IMG/VR virus record: IMGVR_UViG_3300022932_000016
Coordinates: 1 to 19,905 of that record
Reading direction: 5' to 3' (one strand)
DNA length: 19,905 bases
Origin: a virus
Taxonomy: Duplodnaviria; Heunggongvirae; Uroviricota; Caudoviricetes
Shown one piece after another: positions 4,321-12,414 of this stretch. The notes under the pieces were generated by a model that had not been told where the DNA came from, did no database searches, and saw nothing but the letters and a program-made list of their open reading frames with translations. A program made the translations under genes and the position numbers. Position 1 is the first letter of the stretch, and the number at the start of each line of letters is the position of its first letter.

Positions 4321-4394
4321 TGGTCGGTGTAGGTGGTTCTGCCCCACCGTGTGCAGAATATAAGTCTGCTGTTCTACTATTGAACTATACACCA
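4321..4394 (-). tRNA. trnI: tRNA-Ile(UAU)
   Basis: GCAGA CTTATAT TCTGC, variant T-loop GGCAGAA, D-loop AATAGTA, ACCA. Confidence 0.88.
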
Positions 4395-4401
4395 GAATGC
4401 T

Positions 4402-4478
4402 TGGTTGGACGAGTAGGATTTGAACCTACGGTCTCCTGAATATCAGTCAAGTGCTTTAACCAGCTAAGCTACCGTCCA
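4402..4478 (-). tRNA. trnI: tRNA-Ile(GAU)
   Basis: CTTGA CTGATAT TCAGG, TTCAAAT, ACCA. Confidence 0.95.
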
Positions 4479-4485
4479 TTATTTT

Positions 4486-4560
4486 TGGTGGGCTCGGTTG
4501 GAATCGAACCAACGTGGTACAGATTAAAAGTCTGCTGCTCAACCACTGAGCCACGAACCC
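4486..4560 (-). tRNA. trnK: tRNA-Lys(UUU)
   Basis: GCAGA CTTTTAA TCTGT, TTCGATT, ACCA. Confidence 0.96.
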
Positions 4561-4567
4561 AAGATAT

Positions 4568-4589
4568 AAAAAAAGAGCTATATAGCTCC
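4568..4589 (-). terminator. Intrinsic terminator of attenuator 1
   Basis: GGAGCT-ATAT-AGCTCT followed by a U-tract that ends 7 nt before tRNA-Lys(UUU). Confidence 0.75.
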
Positions 4590-4613
4590 AACTATGACTT
4601 GAGTTGTAAGCTA
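4583..4613 (-). promoter_or_regulatory. Antiterminator of attenuator 1
   Basis: TAGCTT-A-CAACT / AGTTG-GAGCTA (11 bp) sequesters the 5' arm of the terminator; it begins 2 nt after the leader stop codon. Confidence 0.75.
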
Positions 4614-4615
4614 AC

Positions 4616-4777
4616 TTATTCCTTTTTCTTTTCACCCCGTTTTGTTAATGTACCCATAATGAACCCTGTCGCCACTGCTATAGCAATAATGCCGCCAGCA
4701 ATCACTGTCGTCTCTTTGGTGCGCTTGACGTATTTAACTAGGTCAGTTGCTTCTTTTTGAATCTTTTGGGTATTCAT
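4616..4777 (-). CDS. Leaderless leader ORF 1 (53 aa), putative attenuator peptide with a hydrophobic segment
   Basis: MNTQKIQKEATDLVKYVKRTKETTVIAGGIIAIAVATGFIMGTLTKRGEKKKE*; the ATG is 7 nt after TATAAT. Confidence 0.75.
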   Translation of the reverse strand: MNTQKIQKEATDLVKYVKRTKETTVIAGGIIAIAVATGFIMGTLTKRGEKKKE

Positions 4778-4784
4778 AGTATTC

Positions 4785-4812
4785 ATTATACACATATTAG
4801 TATATAATGCAA
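4785..4812 (-). promoter_or_regulatory. Sigma70-type promoter of tRNA unit 1
   Basis: TTGCAT-N16-TATAAT. Confidence 0.7.
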
Positions 4813-4814
4813 AA

Positions 4815-4943
4815 TGCGCGGGGGCACAGCAACGGGTAGTGAGTGCACTATATCTGTTGGATCGTAAGACCAACCATAATTTACTGATTATAAAGCGATG
4901 CGCCAAATCAGTCATGTAGACCTCTTAGCGGGGGTCTATTTTT
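4815..4943 (+). ncRNA. Candidate structured small RNA or leader ending in an intrinsic terminator
   Basis: TATAAT at 4803-4808. Hairpins TAGTG/CACTA, GTTGG-ATC-GTAA-GA-CCAAC and ACTGATT/AATCAGT, then the terminator TAGACCTC/GGGGTCTA + TTTTT (4917-4943). Confidence 0.4.
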
Positions 4944-4968
4944 AGTGTATAGTAGCTGTTAGAAAACT

Positions 4969-5172
4969 ATGACAAAATACTCTATATACGAAATCGGTGA
5001 AAAAGCAAACAAGAACCGAGACTCTCTCGACTTCGAAAAGTGGTTAGAGCGCACCCTCAAACATATAACTGAAAAGATCGACCCAGAGTTCAATCGAGAA
5101 AAGTTTGCGGAATGGCTCGAGGAAGACGACGAAAAACCATTTATTTCTGGTAAAAATCGCTATTTTTGGTAG
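4969..5172 (+). CDS. Hypothetical protein (67 aa)
   Basis: ORF track; first gene of the plus-strand block. Confidence 0.65.
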   Translation: MTKYSIYEIGEKANKNRDSLDFEKWLERTLKHITEKIDPEFNREKFAEWLEEDDEKPFISGKNRYFW

Positions 5173-5204
5173 AAACAAAGGACTTTTCCTGCTATAATAA
5201 GAAT

Positions 5205-5636
5205 ATGAAAGATATTCAGAACGAAGCAGAAACAGGTGTACAAACCATCACAGAGCTACAGCTGAACCTCGCGCAAATCGAGAACGAGCTGCAAACCAAC
5301 CCTAAGTTCATTGAGTTCCTACGCGTCCAGGACGAGCTTAACGCAAAGCGTTCAGAGTTCGATTCGACAATGAAAGACTTGATGATTGAGCGGTTCAAAG
5401 ATACTGGTGAAAAGAAGCTAGAAGTTGGTAACGCAACTTTCGCGCTGACACCACGTGAAGAGCTGATAATCACAGACGAAGACAAAGTTGACGATGCCTT
5501 CGTTACTAAAGTAACCGTAAAGAAACTCGACAAAGAAGCAGTGAAGGCTGTTCAAGTTCTTGAGGGTCGCCTCGTTGACGGAGTCGGTGTTCGACAATCA
5601 TTCGCATACAAACTAACCATTAAGGATAACGAATAA
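5205..5636 (+). CDS. Siphovirus Gp157/Gam-like coiled-coil protein
   Basis: N-terminal coiled coil plus IITDEDKVDDAF...KKLDKEAVK...VDGV pattern, directly upstream of RecT. TGcTATAAT lies 6 nt before the ATG at 5205. Confidence 0.7.
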   Translation: MKDIQNEAETGVQTITELQLNLAQIENELQTNPKFIEFLRVQDELNAKRSEFDSTMKDLMIERFKDTGEKKLEVGNATFALTPREELIITDEDKVDDAFVTKVTVKKLDKEAVKAVQVLEGRLVDGVGVRQSFAYKLTIKDNE

Positions 5637-5637
5637 A

Positions 5638-6315
5638 ATGGCAGTAAATCTACAAGCACTAAAAGACAAGCTCATCGAGAGCAACCAAGACGCAAACAAA
5701 GTCGGTAAATCAATCGCGTATCTAAGCGACAGCAAAGTAAACGAAACCGTGCAAAAGCACACCAACCAAGAAATGTACTCACTTATCGTTAAGTACTTGA
5801 ACGTAGGCACCAACCTAGACGGTGTCAACGTCATCTTAGCGGGTAAGAACATGGGTCTTGTGACATACCAAGGTTACATGAACAAAGTGAAGCAACTGCA
5901 CCCAGACGTATTCTTTGACGTACAGCTCGTACGTGAAGGTGATGAGTTTGAAGTCGGTAAGCGTTCTGGTCTTGTTGAATACACCCACAAGATCGCGAAC
6001 CCATTCGCTAGTTATGACGACAAGAAAATCAACGGTGCATACTGTGTCGTGAAGTTCGACAACAACGAGTCAATCGAGCTATTGAACGAACGCGACTACA
6101 ACGAAATGCAAGGTGCTTCAAAGAGCAGTTACACATGGAAGAAGTGGCCATCAGAGTTTTGGCGAAAGTCTGTTATTAAACGGGCATGTAAGGTATACTT
6201 CTCAGAAGAAGTCGCTTTGCTCGAAAAGGTTGATAACGAAGACCACGGGTTAGCTGAAGACGACGATACAAGTGATAACGCACTCGACGCAATCGTAGCT
6301 GCAAAGAAAGGGTAA
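5638..6315 (+). CDS. recT: RecT/Red-beta-like ssDNA annealing protein
   Basis: YQGY...I.GAYCVVKF...WKKWPSEFWRKSVIKRACK motif with an acidic tail. Confidence 0.85.
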   Translation: MAVNLQALKDKLIESNQDANKVGKSIAYLSDSKVNETVQKHTNQEMYSLIVKYLNVGTNLDGVNVILAGKNMGLVTYQGYMNKVKQLHPDVFFDVQLVREGDEFEVGKRSGLVEYTHKIANPFASYDDKKINGAYCVVKFDNNESIELLNERDYNEMQGASKSSYTWKKWPSEFWRKSVIKRACKVYFSEEVALLEKVDNEDHGLAEDDDTSDNALDAIVAAKKG

Positions 6316-6318
6316 ATC

Positions 6319-6723
6319 ATGGGGAACCTTACTGGACGAATCAAAGAAGAAGAGAACGGTAAGGGGCTATGGCTGCTCGTTGATGACTTAGGTGGTCAAC
6401 GAGCAGAAAACCTGATAGACGAGCTTACACAACCCCGCACAACTGGTAGCGTAGCTTGGGCAGTTTTACCCGAAGAAATCGAAGCAATTCGTGACGCTTG
6501 TAACGACTACCTACGCGACAAGGAAGTTGACAGTATCGACATTGTATGGTCTGTTGACGACGTGTTTAACGTGATGTATGATTATGAAGAGAAAGACACC
6601 TACAGCGAAGACGATTACGAACTCGCTAGACAGGTTTTACAATACGTAAAGAATCATCACGACGCTACAGTCGGTGTTTCATGGGAGACACTTGAGTACG
6701 CGCTCGATCACCTAAGAGGATAA
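6319..6723 (+). CDS. Hypothetical acidic protein
   Basis: ORF track; tightly packed in the operon. Confidence 0.7.
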   Translation: MGNLTGRIKEEENGKGLWLLVDDLGGQRAENLIDELTQPRTTGSVAWAVLPEEIEAIRDACNDYLRDKEVDSIDIVWSVDDVFNVMYDYEEKDTYSEDDYELARQVLQYVKNHHDATVGVSWETLEYALDHLRG

Positions 6724-7029
6724 ATGTTCGACCTAGAAAAAGAGCAAATGCAGACGATAGACCGCTTACATGCAATAGGTGACTTTTATAAGGCGAAACA
6801 GAAAGCAAACGATAAATGGGAGAAGCGGTGTTTACACGGTTCGTTTCTCTTTATGTTCCCATCACTCTTAATACCCTATACACCCGTTAAGTTTATCGCG
6901 CTCGCACTACAGTTAGTTGTGTTGGGCGGTTTTTTATATTTCTCAAAGAGAGGTATGAAGCTACTGAAAGAACACCACCGCATGATAGAAGTAGAACAAG
7001 AATACATATCAAAGGGTCTTTATGAGTAG
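6724..7029 (+). CDS. Hypothetical membrane protein
   Basis: Hydrophobic stretch FLFMFPSLLIPYTPVKFIALALQLVVLGGFLYF. Confidence 0.7.
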   Translation: MFDLEKEQMQTIDRLHAIGDFYKAKQKANDKWEKRCLHGSFLFMFPSLLIPYTPVKFIALALQLVVLGGFLYFSKRGMKLLKEHHRMIEVEQEYISKGLYE

Positions 7030-7300
7030 AATACTCGGTCACCTACGCATCTTTCAGGCCGTGCAAGCTGACTTGAAGATGGACAATAACTGGGCTAGTA
7101 ACAGCTACCAATACAACGGTGCTGACCCGTTTAATCTTGAAGATGACGCTTTCCCAATCACGGTTGGTCTTATCAACCAGTATGTAGCCGAAAAACAGAT
7201 CGAAGTAGTCGACGAGCTGCTCACTACACTAACTCGCACAGACAGCAGAGAAGTGCTTGAAAAACTAAGAATTGAACTAGAAAAAGGTCTACCTAAATAA
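7022..7300 (+). CDS. Hypothetical protein
   Basis: ORF track; overlaps both neighbours (TAATG junction at 7300). Confidence 0.7.
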   Translation: MSRILGHLRIFQAVQADLKMDNNWASNSYQYNGADPFNLEDDAFPITVGLINQYVAEKQIEVVDELLTTLTRTDSREVLEKLRIELEKGLPK

Positions 7301-7860
7301 TGATTACTTACCACGACAAAATTGAACAAAACACGCCTGAATGGTTTGCTATTCGCGAAGACCACCCACTTACAGGGTCAACTTCGTATGAGTTTCTACT
7401 AGCCCGTAACCCAGCAACGTACGTTCTCAAAGAGAGCAACTTCACTGGTAACAAGTACACGGAGCGTGGTCATACGTTAGAGCCTGTAGCAAGGAAGCTC
7501 CTAGACCGCGTGTACGACATCAAAACGCTTGAGACGGGTTTCGTTACCAATAGCGACTTCCCGTGGTCAGGCTGCTCTCCAGACGGGTACACAGACGTAT
7601 ATATGGTCGAGATCAAATGCTTTATGAAAGAACGACACCTACTGAATGCGGTGACGACTGACGCGAAGATTTTATCCCAAGTGCAGTGGAACATGATGAT
7701 TATGGGCAAGAAGAAGGCGCTACTCGTTTTCTTTTGTCCTGATAATACGCTAGAACCGTCCGAACAGCTTATAATTAAAGAGATAGACGCTAACCCGCAT
7801 ATCTGGGCTAATATGAAGAATAGGATCGAAGTTTATGGCGCAGCAAGAACTAATACTTGA
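7300..7860 (+). CDS. YqaJ/lambda-exonuclease-like PD-(D/E)xK nuclease
   Basis: Q.T.EWF..R....TGS, RGHTLEP.AR, CSPDG, EIKC and QVQW motifs. Confidence 0.9.
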   Translation: MITYHDKIEQNTPEWFAIREDHPLTGSTSYEFLLARNPATYVLKESNFTGNKYTERGHTLEPVARKLLDRVYDIKTLETGFVTNSDFPWSGCSPDGYTDVYMVEIKCFMKERHLLNAVTTDAKILSQVQWNMMIMGKKKALLVFFCPDNTLEPSEQLIIKEIDANPHIWANMKNRIEVYGAARTNT

Positions 7861-8155
7861 GAAGATAGTTGAATCGTTATCGAACCCCAACCGAGTATAT
7901 CTAGAAGAGCAGGGCACGTGGGTAGGCAAACTTTATACCGACAAAGGGCTACCCCTCGACATCTCAATCGCTGAACTGAAAAAGCGAAACGTAACCGAAG
8001 ATGATATGTTTATCATTATTGAGGGTGCGCTCACTTGGTTTGTACAGCACAAGCGAAACTCTGGTGCGACAGAGAAAGCGTTGAATCGACAGCGCGAGCA
8101 GAATAACAAGATTATGGCAGCTTTTCTAGCTGGTAAAGAAACGGGTCTCTATTAG
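7835..8155 (+). CDS. Small protein resembling the helical LYDTYGFPLD segment of alanyl-tRNA synthetase
   Basis: GKLYTDKGLPLDISIAELKKRNV; the similarity is recognised by eye only. Confidence 0.5.
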   Translation: MAQQELILEKIVESLSNPNRVYLEEQGTWVGKLYTDKGLPLDISIAELKKRNVTEDDMFIIIEGALTWFVQHKRNSGATEKALNRQREQNNKIMAAFLAGKETGLY

Positions 8156-8394
8156 TGTCTAGATTAGAAACTCTGCACATGGACGGGCTGTTTAGCGATG
8201 AAGACATCGAGAACCGCTACTACGTCATTAGACAATGTATCGACTGTATGGCTTTTACCAAGTGGGACATTCGCAACAAAAATACGTACAACTGCGCTAC
8301 CTGTGGAAGCGGTAAGTTCGACTCTAATCGACAGCACTCAATTCGTACGCACCATAACTTTATTGGTAAAAAGGGTCGAAAAAAGGTAAAATAG
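8155..8394 (+). CDS. Zinc-ribbon protein
   Basis: CIDC-x14-CATC and a basic C-terminus; GTG start overlapping the previous TAG. Confidence 0.65.
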   Translation: MSRLETLHMDGLFSDEDIENRYYVIRQCIDCMAFTKWDIRNKNTYNCATCGSGKFDSNRQHSIRTHHNFIGKKGRKKVK

Positions 8395-8398
8395 GGTT

Positions 8399-8974
8399 AT
8401 GAAACAGACTCTCAAAGAACTCGCTGAAGAAATCGAAGGTATGTCACTGCGCTATAAAGTGCAAACACTACTACGACCTAAGACGTGGTCACGTATACAT
8501 AAGTTTCGTCGTCAACGTATCTCGCGCGGTTACAGCGATAAAGATATGTGGCACAGTGGTGACCACCTAACAACCCTCATCTCAGAGAGCTTAAAGTGGC
8601 ACGAAACTCAAGGTATGAGCGACTTTCAAGAAATGTTCAAGATGTGGGTAGAAGACGGTACTAACTTCGGGTATAAAAACCTCAAGCAGGTGTACACCGA
8701 CATCGACAACTACCTCGCTTTTGATCGCGGTGACTGGTCTACTGGTCTAGCGGGTCAAATAGTGAACCTCGAAGACGCGTATATATCTGACGGTGAAACA
8801 GACACCTCTCGCATTACTGTTGAATGGCGTGACGAGAAGACTGGTAAAAAACTGACCGAAGCTCGCGTCAAAAAGCTGATGGACGAACACCACGAAAAAG
8901 TCGAAAAGCTACACGACAAATCGGTCAACGCGTTAACTTTCTGGGCTCACCACGCTCGACAGTTCTGGGACTAA
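8399..8974 (+). CDS. Hypothetical protein (191 aa)
   Basis: ORF track; RGYSDKDMW motif near the N-terminus. Confidence 0.75.
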   Translation: MKQTLKELAEEIEGMSLRYKVQTLLRPKTWSRIHKFRRQRISRGYSDKDMWHSGDHLTTLISESLKWHETQGMSDFQEMFKMWVEDGTNFGYKNLKQVYTDIDNYLAFDRGDWSTGLAGQIVNLEDAYISDGETDTSRITVEWRDEKTGKKLTEARVKKLMDEHHEKVEKLHDKSVNALTFWAHHARQFWD

Positions 8975-8975
8975 T

Positions 8976-9116
8976 ATGACCGAACGCGAATATGTTTACG
9001 AAGTTGGTCTGACACCAGATGACAAAGCGCGCTTGCAACGTATGCTAGGTATTAGTACACTTAGTCTTGAAGATTATGAGAATGCTCGTAACGTAATAAA
9101 CGAAATAGAAGAATGA
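8976..9116 (+). CDS. Hypothetical protein (46 aa)
   Basis: My translation MTEREYVYEVGLTPDDKARLQRMLGISTLSLEDYENARNVINEIEE*; ATGA overlap with the next gene. Confidence 0.6.
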   Translation: MTEREYVYEVGLTPDDKARLQRMLGISTLSLEDYENARNVINEIEE

Positions 9117-9730
9117 AAGTATTAGCAGTTGGCGACACTCACCAAAAAGAGTGGATTTTAGACAAGGTCGAAAAGATCGCTGGTAACTACGATAAGGTAG
9201 TTCTTTTAGGTGATTATCTTGATAACTGGGGCTCTACTGGCTTCGACCGCATCTCGATGATTCTCAAAGTGAAGGGTCTTGTAGAACGGAACCCGAACAT
9301 TATCGCTATGTGCGGTAACCACGACCTATGTTATTTCAACAAGAAGTACAGCGGTATGTATTCTGGTTGGGATAAGCACGCTCAAATGATGTTCGACGCT
9401 GAACCCCACCTCACTGACTTCATGCGAAAACTACCAGAAACCCACGAGATTGACGGGGTGACTTATTCTCACGCTGGTCTTACTGACGACTGGACACCAA
9501 ACCGACACCCACTCGCAGATGACGGGCACATGTGGGTTCGACCCGACAACGGTTTTGTATACAAACCCAACCAAGTATTCGGTCACACACCGAGCAGGAC
9601 TTGCTGGGAAGTACAGCAGAACGTCTGGTGCGTTGACACATTCTCGCAATACCCAGACCTCACCCACTTCGGTGACTGTAGCGTACTTGAAATTGTAGAT
9701 GGGAAGACTTACACTGTTACTCAGTTATGA
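9113..9730 (+). CDS. Calcineurin-like metallophosphoesterase
   Basis: GDTH, GDYLD, GNHD, HAG and GHT motifs. Confidence 0.9.
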   Translation: MKVLAVGDTHQKEWILDKVEKIAGNYDKVVLLGDYLDNWGSTGFDRISMILKVKGLVERNPNIIAMCGNHDLCYFNKKYSGMYSGWDKHAQMMFDAEPHLTDFMRKLPETHEIDGVTYSHAGLTDDWTPNRHPLADDGHMWVRPDNGFVYKPNQVFGHTPSRTCWEVQQNVWCVDTFSQYPDLTHFGDCSVLEIVDGKTYTVTQL

Positions 9731-10482
9731 GAATCTTAGTCACTGGTTCTGAGGGGTTTATCGGTCGTCACGTTGTTGTTACGGCTCGTAATAGAGGGCA
9801 CAGCGTCACTTGTGTTGACCACCAAATAGAAAGTGCTCGATACCTTAACCAATATGATATTGAGAGCTTCGACGCGGTTATTCACTTAGCTGCATACATA
9901 GACATCGGTGAATCTTTCAAAGAACCTTGGAACTATGTTTCGAACAATCTAATGCAGATGAAAAACCTCGAGTTCGCGAGACGAGTGGTGTTCGCTTCTA
10001 GCGCGGCTGTATACGGTAAGTTCTCACCCTACGGTTACACAAAGCGTCTCGGTGAATCACTACTGCCTAAGAATAGTATCTCGCTACGTCTATTCAACCC
10101 GTTCGGTCCTGGCGAAAACCATAAACCAGAAAACCACATCGTACCAATACTAGCGGGCAACTCAAATGAGGGTAACGTGACCACGCTTTACCACAACGGT
10201 GAGCAGGTTCGCGATTTTATTCATGTTAGTGATGTCGCTCTCGCTTTCGTTATGGCTGCAGAGTCTGATGCGACTGGTGCTTACGACCTTTGTAGCACAC
10301 CGCTATCTATTAAAAAAGTTGCTGAGCTTATGAAAGTACCGTTTGAACTATCAAAAAGGTCGCGCGACGCGGGTGATACTATGAGCTTAGTTGGTGACCC
10401 GCTACCACTTGAAAAAGCAATCGGTTTTACACCCAAAAAAGATGTCAAAGAAATGCTAAAAAACTGGCGATATTGGTATTGA
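9727..10482 (+). CDS. NAD-dependent epimerase/dehydratase (extended SDR)
   Basis: VTGSEGFIG, HLAA, SSAAVYG, YGYTK, RLFNPFGPG and RDFIHVSD motifs. Confidence 0.92.
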   Translation: MRILVTGSEGFIGRHVVVTARNRGHSVTCVDHQIESARYLNQYDIESFDAVIHLAAYIDIGESFKEPWNYVSNNLMQMKNLEFARRVVFASSAAVYGKFSPYGYTKRLGESLLPKNSISLRLFNPFGPGENHKPENHIVPILAGNSNEGNVTTLYHNGEQVRDFIHVSDVALAFVMAAESDATGAYDLCSTPLSIKKVAELMKVPFELSKRSRDAGDTMSLVGDPLPLEKAIGFTPKKDVKEMLKNWRYWY

Positions 10483-10530
10483 TTTTACTGCGGCTTCTGA
10501 CTTATAATTAGCCTATAAAGGGGCTATAAG

Positions 10531-10734
10531 ATGTACAAAGCAAAAACAAAGTTCAAGAGCAAGTCACACAACGCGAGGGTAGTTAAAGAGGGCGAAGTAT
10601 TTGAGCTAGAGGCTATTTACCACAGCCCTTTCGATATTGGGCGTTCAAAAGTTGAACTTACGAGCACAGAACGACCGATGTTCCTGTCTATTACACACAA
10701 TGAGTTTAATGAGTTTTTCGAAGAAGTTGACTAA
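10531..10734 (+). CDS. Hypothetical protein
   Basis: ORF track; TATAAT upstream. Confidence 0.6.
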   Translation: MYKAKTKFKSKSHNARVVKEGEVFELEAIYHSPFDIGRSKVELTSTERPMFLSITHNEFNEFFEEVD

Positions 10735-10790
10735 TGGTCGATTGATGTTCATACTTAGATATGAAAGAGATAAAAACATAAAGGAAAAGT

Positions 10791-11723
10791 ATGAAAAAAC
10801 CTATTCTACGCATGATGGTTGGTCTGCCTGGCTCAGGTAAGAGCACAGCAGCTAGTGAACTAACAGACAACAGCACCCCTGAAGAAACTTGGGTGCAGGT
10901 TGAAAAAGATATTATTCGTAAAGACGGAAGTCTTTTTGAGGGCGGTAAGTACGACCACGACCGAGGTGACGAAGCTATCGTTATTCGTGAACGCAACCGT
11001 CAGATTCGTGACGCGCTACGAGCTGGTAACAGTGTAGTCGTTTCAGACACAAACCTAGACCCCAAGCACCGTGGTCAACTTCGAATGCTGGCTACAGAGA
11101 CCGACGTAGATTTTGAAGTCGATGACAGCTTCTTAGACGTATCGGTTGATGAATGTATTAAACGTGATGAAGACCGCGAACAAAGTATCGGTAAAGACGT
11201 TATCTTAGATATGTATTACAAATACGTACACCCAGGCTTTCACCAACGTCGTTCTGACTGGAAAGACAAGCTACCACGTGCGTTCTTGTGCGACATCGAC
11301 GGTACGCTGGCTCACAACTATACTGGGCGAAGCTGGTACGATCTTGACCTAGTAAAGAATGACACACCAAACTACGCACTGACACACATCTTCGACGCTA
11401 TCGACCTGTTTCGTGATGACTTTTCACGTAAGCACACGAAGTACACACACATCATTCTCTTGAGTGGTCGTAAAGAGGGTGCTCGGGCTGCTACAGAAGC
11501 ATGGTTAGACCAATGGTCAATACCGTATGATGAACTCATTATGCGCGCAGACAACGACGACCGACAGGACGCCATCACAAAGAAAGAGCTGTACGAGCAA
11601 CACATCAAAGACCGATACAATGTTCTTGCGGTATTTGATGACCGTCCACAGGTAGTCGATATGTGGCGACGTGACCTTGGTTTGATGGTATTTCAAGCTG
11701 CTGACCACGACTTGAAGTTTTAG
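10791..11723 (+). CDS. pseT: Polynucleotide 5'-kinase/3'-phosphatase (T4 PseT-like)
   Basis: N-terminal P-loop GLPGSGKS with DTNL; C-terminal HAD domain CDIDGTLA, SGR, K and FDDRPQVVDMWR. Confidence 0.9.
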   Translation: MKKPILRMMVGLPGSGKSTAASELTDNSTPEETWVQVEKDIIRKDGSLFEGGKYDHDRGDEAIVIRERNRQIRDALRAGNSVVVSDTNLDPKHRGQLRMLATETDVDFEVDDSFLDVSVDECIKRDEDREQSIGKDVILDMYYKYVHPGFHQRRSDWKDKLPRAFLCDIDGTLAHNYTGRSWYDLDLVKNDTPNYALTHIFDAIDLFRDDFSRKHTKYTHIILLSGRKEGARAATEAWLDQWSIPYDELIMRADNDDRQDAITKKELYEQHIKDRYNVLAVFDDRPQVVDMWRRDLGLMVFQAADHDLKF

Positions 11724-11746
11724 GGATTGATAGGTAGTATAGGGAT

Positions 11747-11923
11747 ATGAATAAAAAAGAACTACTAGCGAAGGCAAAGCTCGCGAACGCTCTGATTGAA
11801 GATAAGGAGTCTCGGGTGATTCTGAGTCTCTTTATCGACAATCTCAAGCTGGATATTGAGAACGAAAAGCCAACTTTAGGGTTCAGGTCTAGTAAGGACG
11901 ATGATGCAGACAGAGAAACTTGA
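11747..11923 (+). CDS. Hypothetical protein (58 aa)
   Basis: My translation MNKKELLAKAKLANALIEDKESRVILSLFIDNLKLDIENEKPTLGFRSSKDDDADRET*; fills the gap between genes. Confidence 0.6.
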   Translation: MNKKELLAKAKLANALIEDKESRVILSLFIDNLKLDIENEKPTLGFRSSKDDDADRET

Positions 11924-12182
11924 ACCACTACACCGACTTGCAGAAGAAATCATGCGTGATGACGCTGCAGGTAAACTTCCGTTACATTATACTCACGATG
12001 ATATAATCGCTGTGACTGTAGTGTTTTCTCACGTAATGGGTGCACGTTTTGTGCAGTACCTTGAGAAAGAGAAGATAGGGCTAGGGGCAAGCAGAAAACT
12101 CACGAAGGGCCTAGGAGCCAAGATAAGTGACACTGTTATGTATGCAACCGATATAGACGTAAAAATAAAAGAGGTAGTATGA
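11901..12182 (+). CDS. Hypothetical protein
   Basis: ORF track. Confidence 0.65.
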   Translation: MMQTEKLEPLHRLAEEIMRDDAAGKLPLHYTHDDIIAVTVVFSHVMGARFVQYLEKEKIGLGASRKLTKGLGAKISDTVMYATDIDVKIKEVV

Positions 12183-12313
12183 GCAAAAACGAAGAAGAAG
12201 ACAAAGGCGGAGCACTAATTGTAGGTACAGCCGCAGCAATTGTTATCGCGTGTATTGTAGCTGTCGTAATCGCATTGGCAATTGCAGCAATCAAGTGGAT
12301 CCTGGGTCTTTAA
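12179..12313 (+). CDS. Small membrane protein (44 aa)
   Basis: My translation MSKNEEEDKGGALIVGTAAAIVIACIVAVVIALAIAAIKWILGL*; ATGA overlap and GAGG upstream. Confidence 0.65.
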   Translation: MSKNEEEDKGGALIVGTAAAIVIACIVAVVIALAIAAIKWILGL

Positions 12314-12414
12314 CAGAGGTACTTTGGTCTGCACAATTGGGTAGCCAGAAGCCCAAATCCGTGTATAATAAGAAGAGTAATAACTATGAAAAGGGCGAAA
12401 GCCGAAGGGATAAA

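Noticed and set aside
4778-4915. 99-aa extended version of the 4616 ORF
   Set aside because: The extension runs through the promoter and the divergent hairpins; the ATG at 4777 fits the recurrent -10/ATG spacing.
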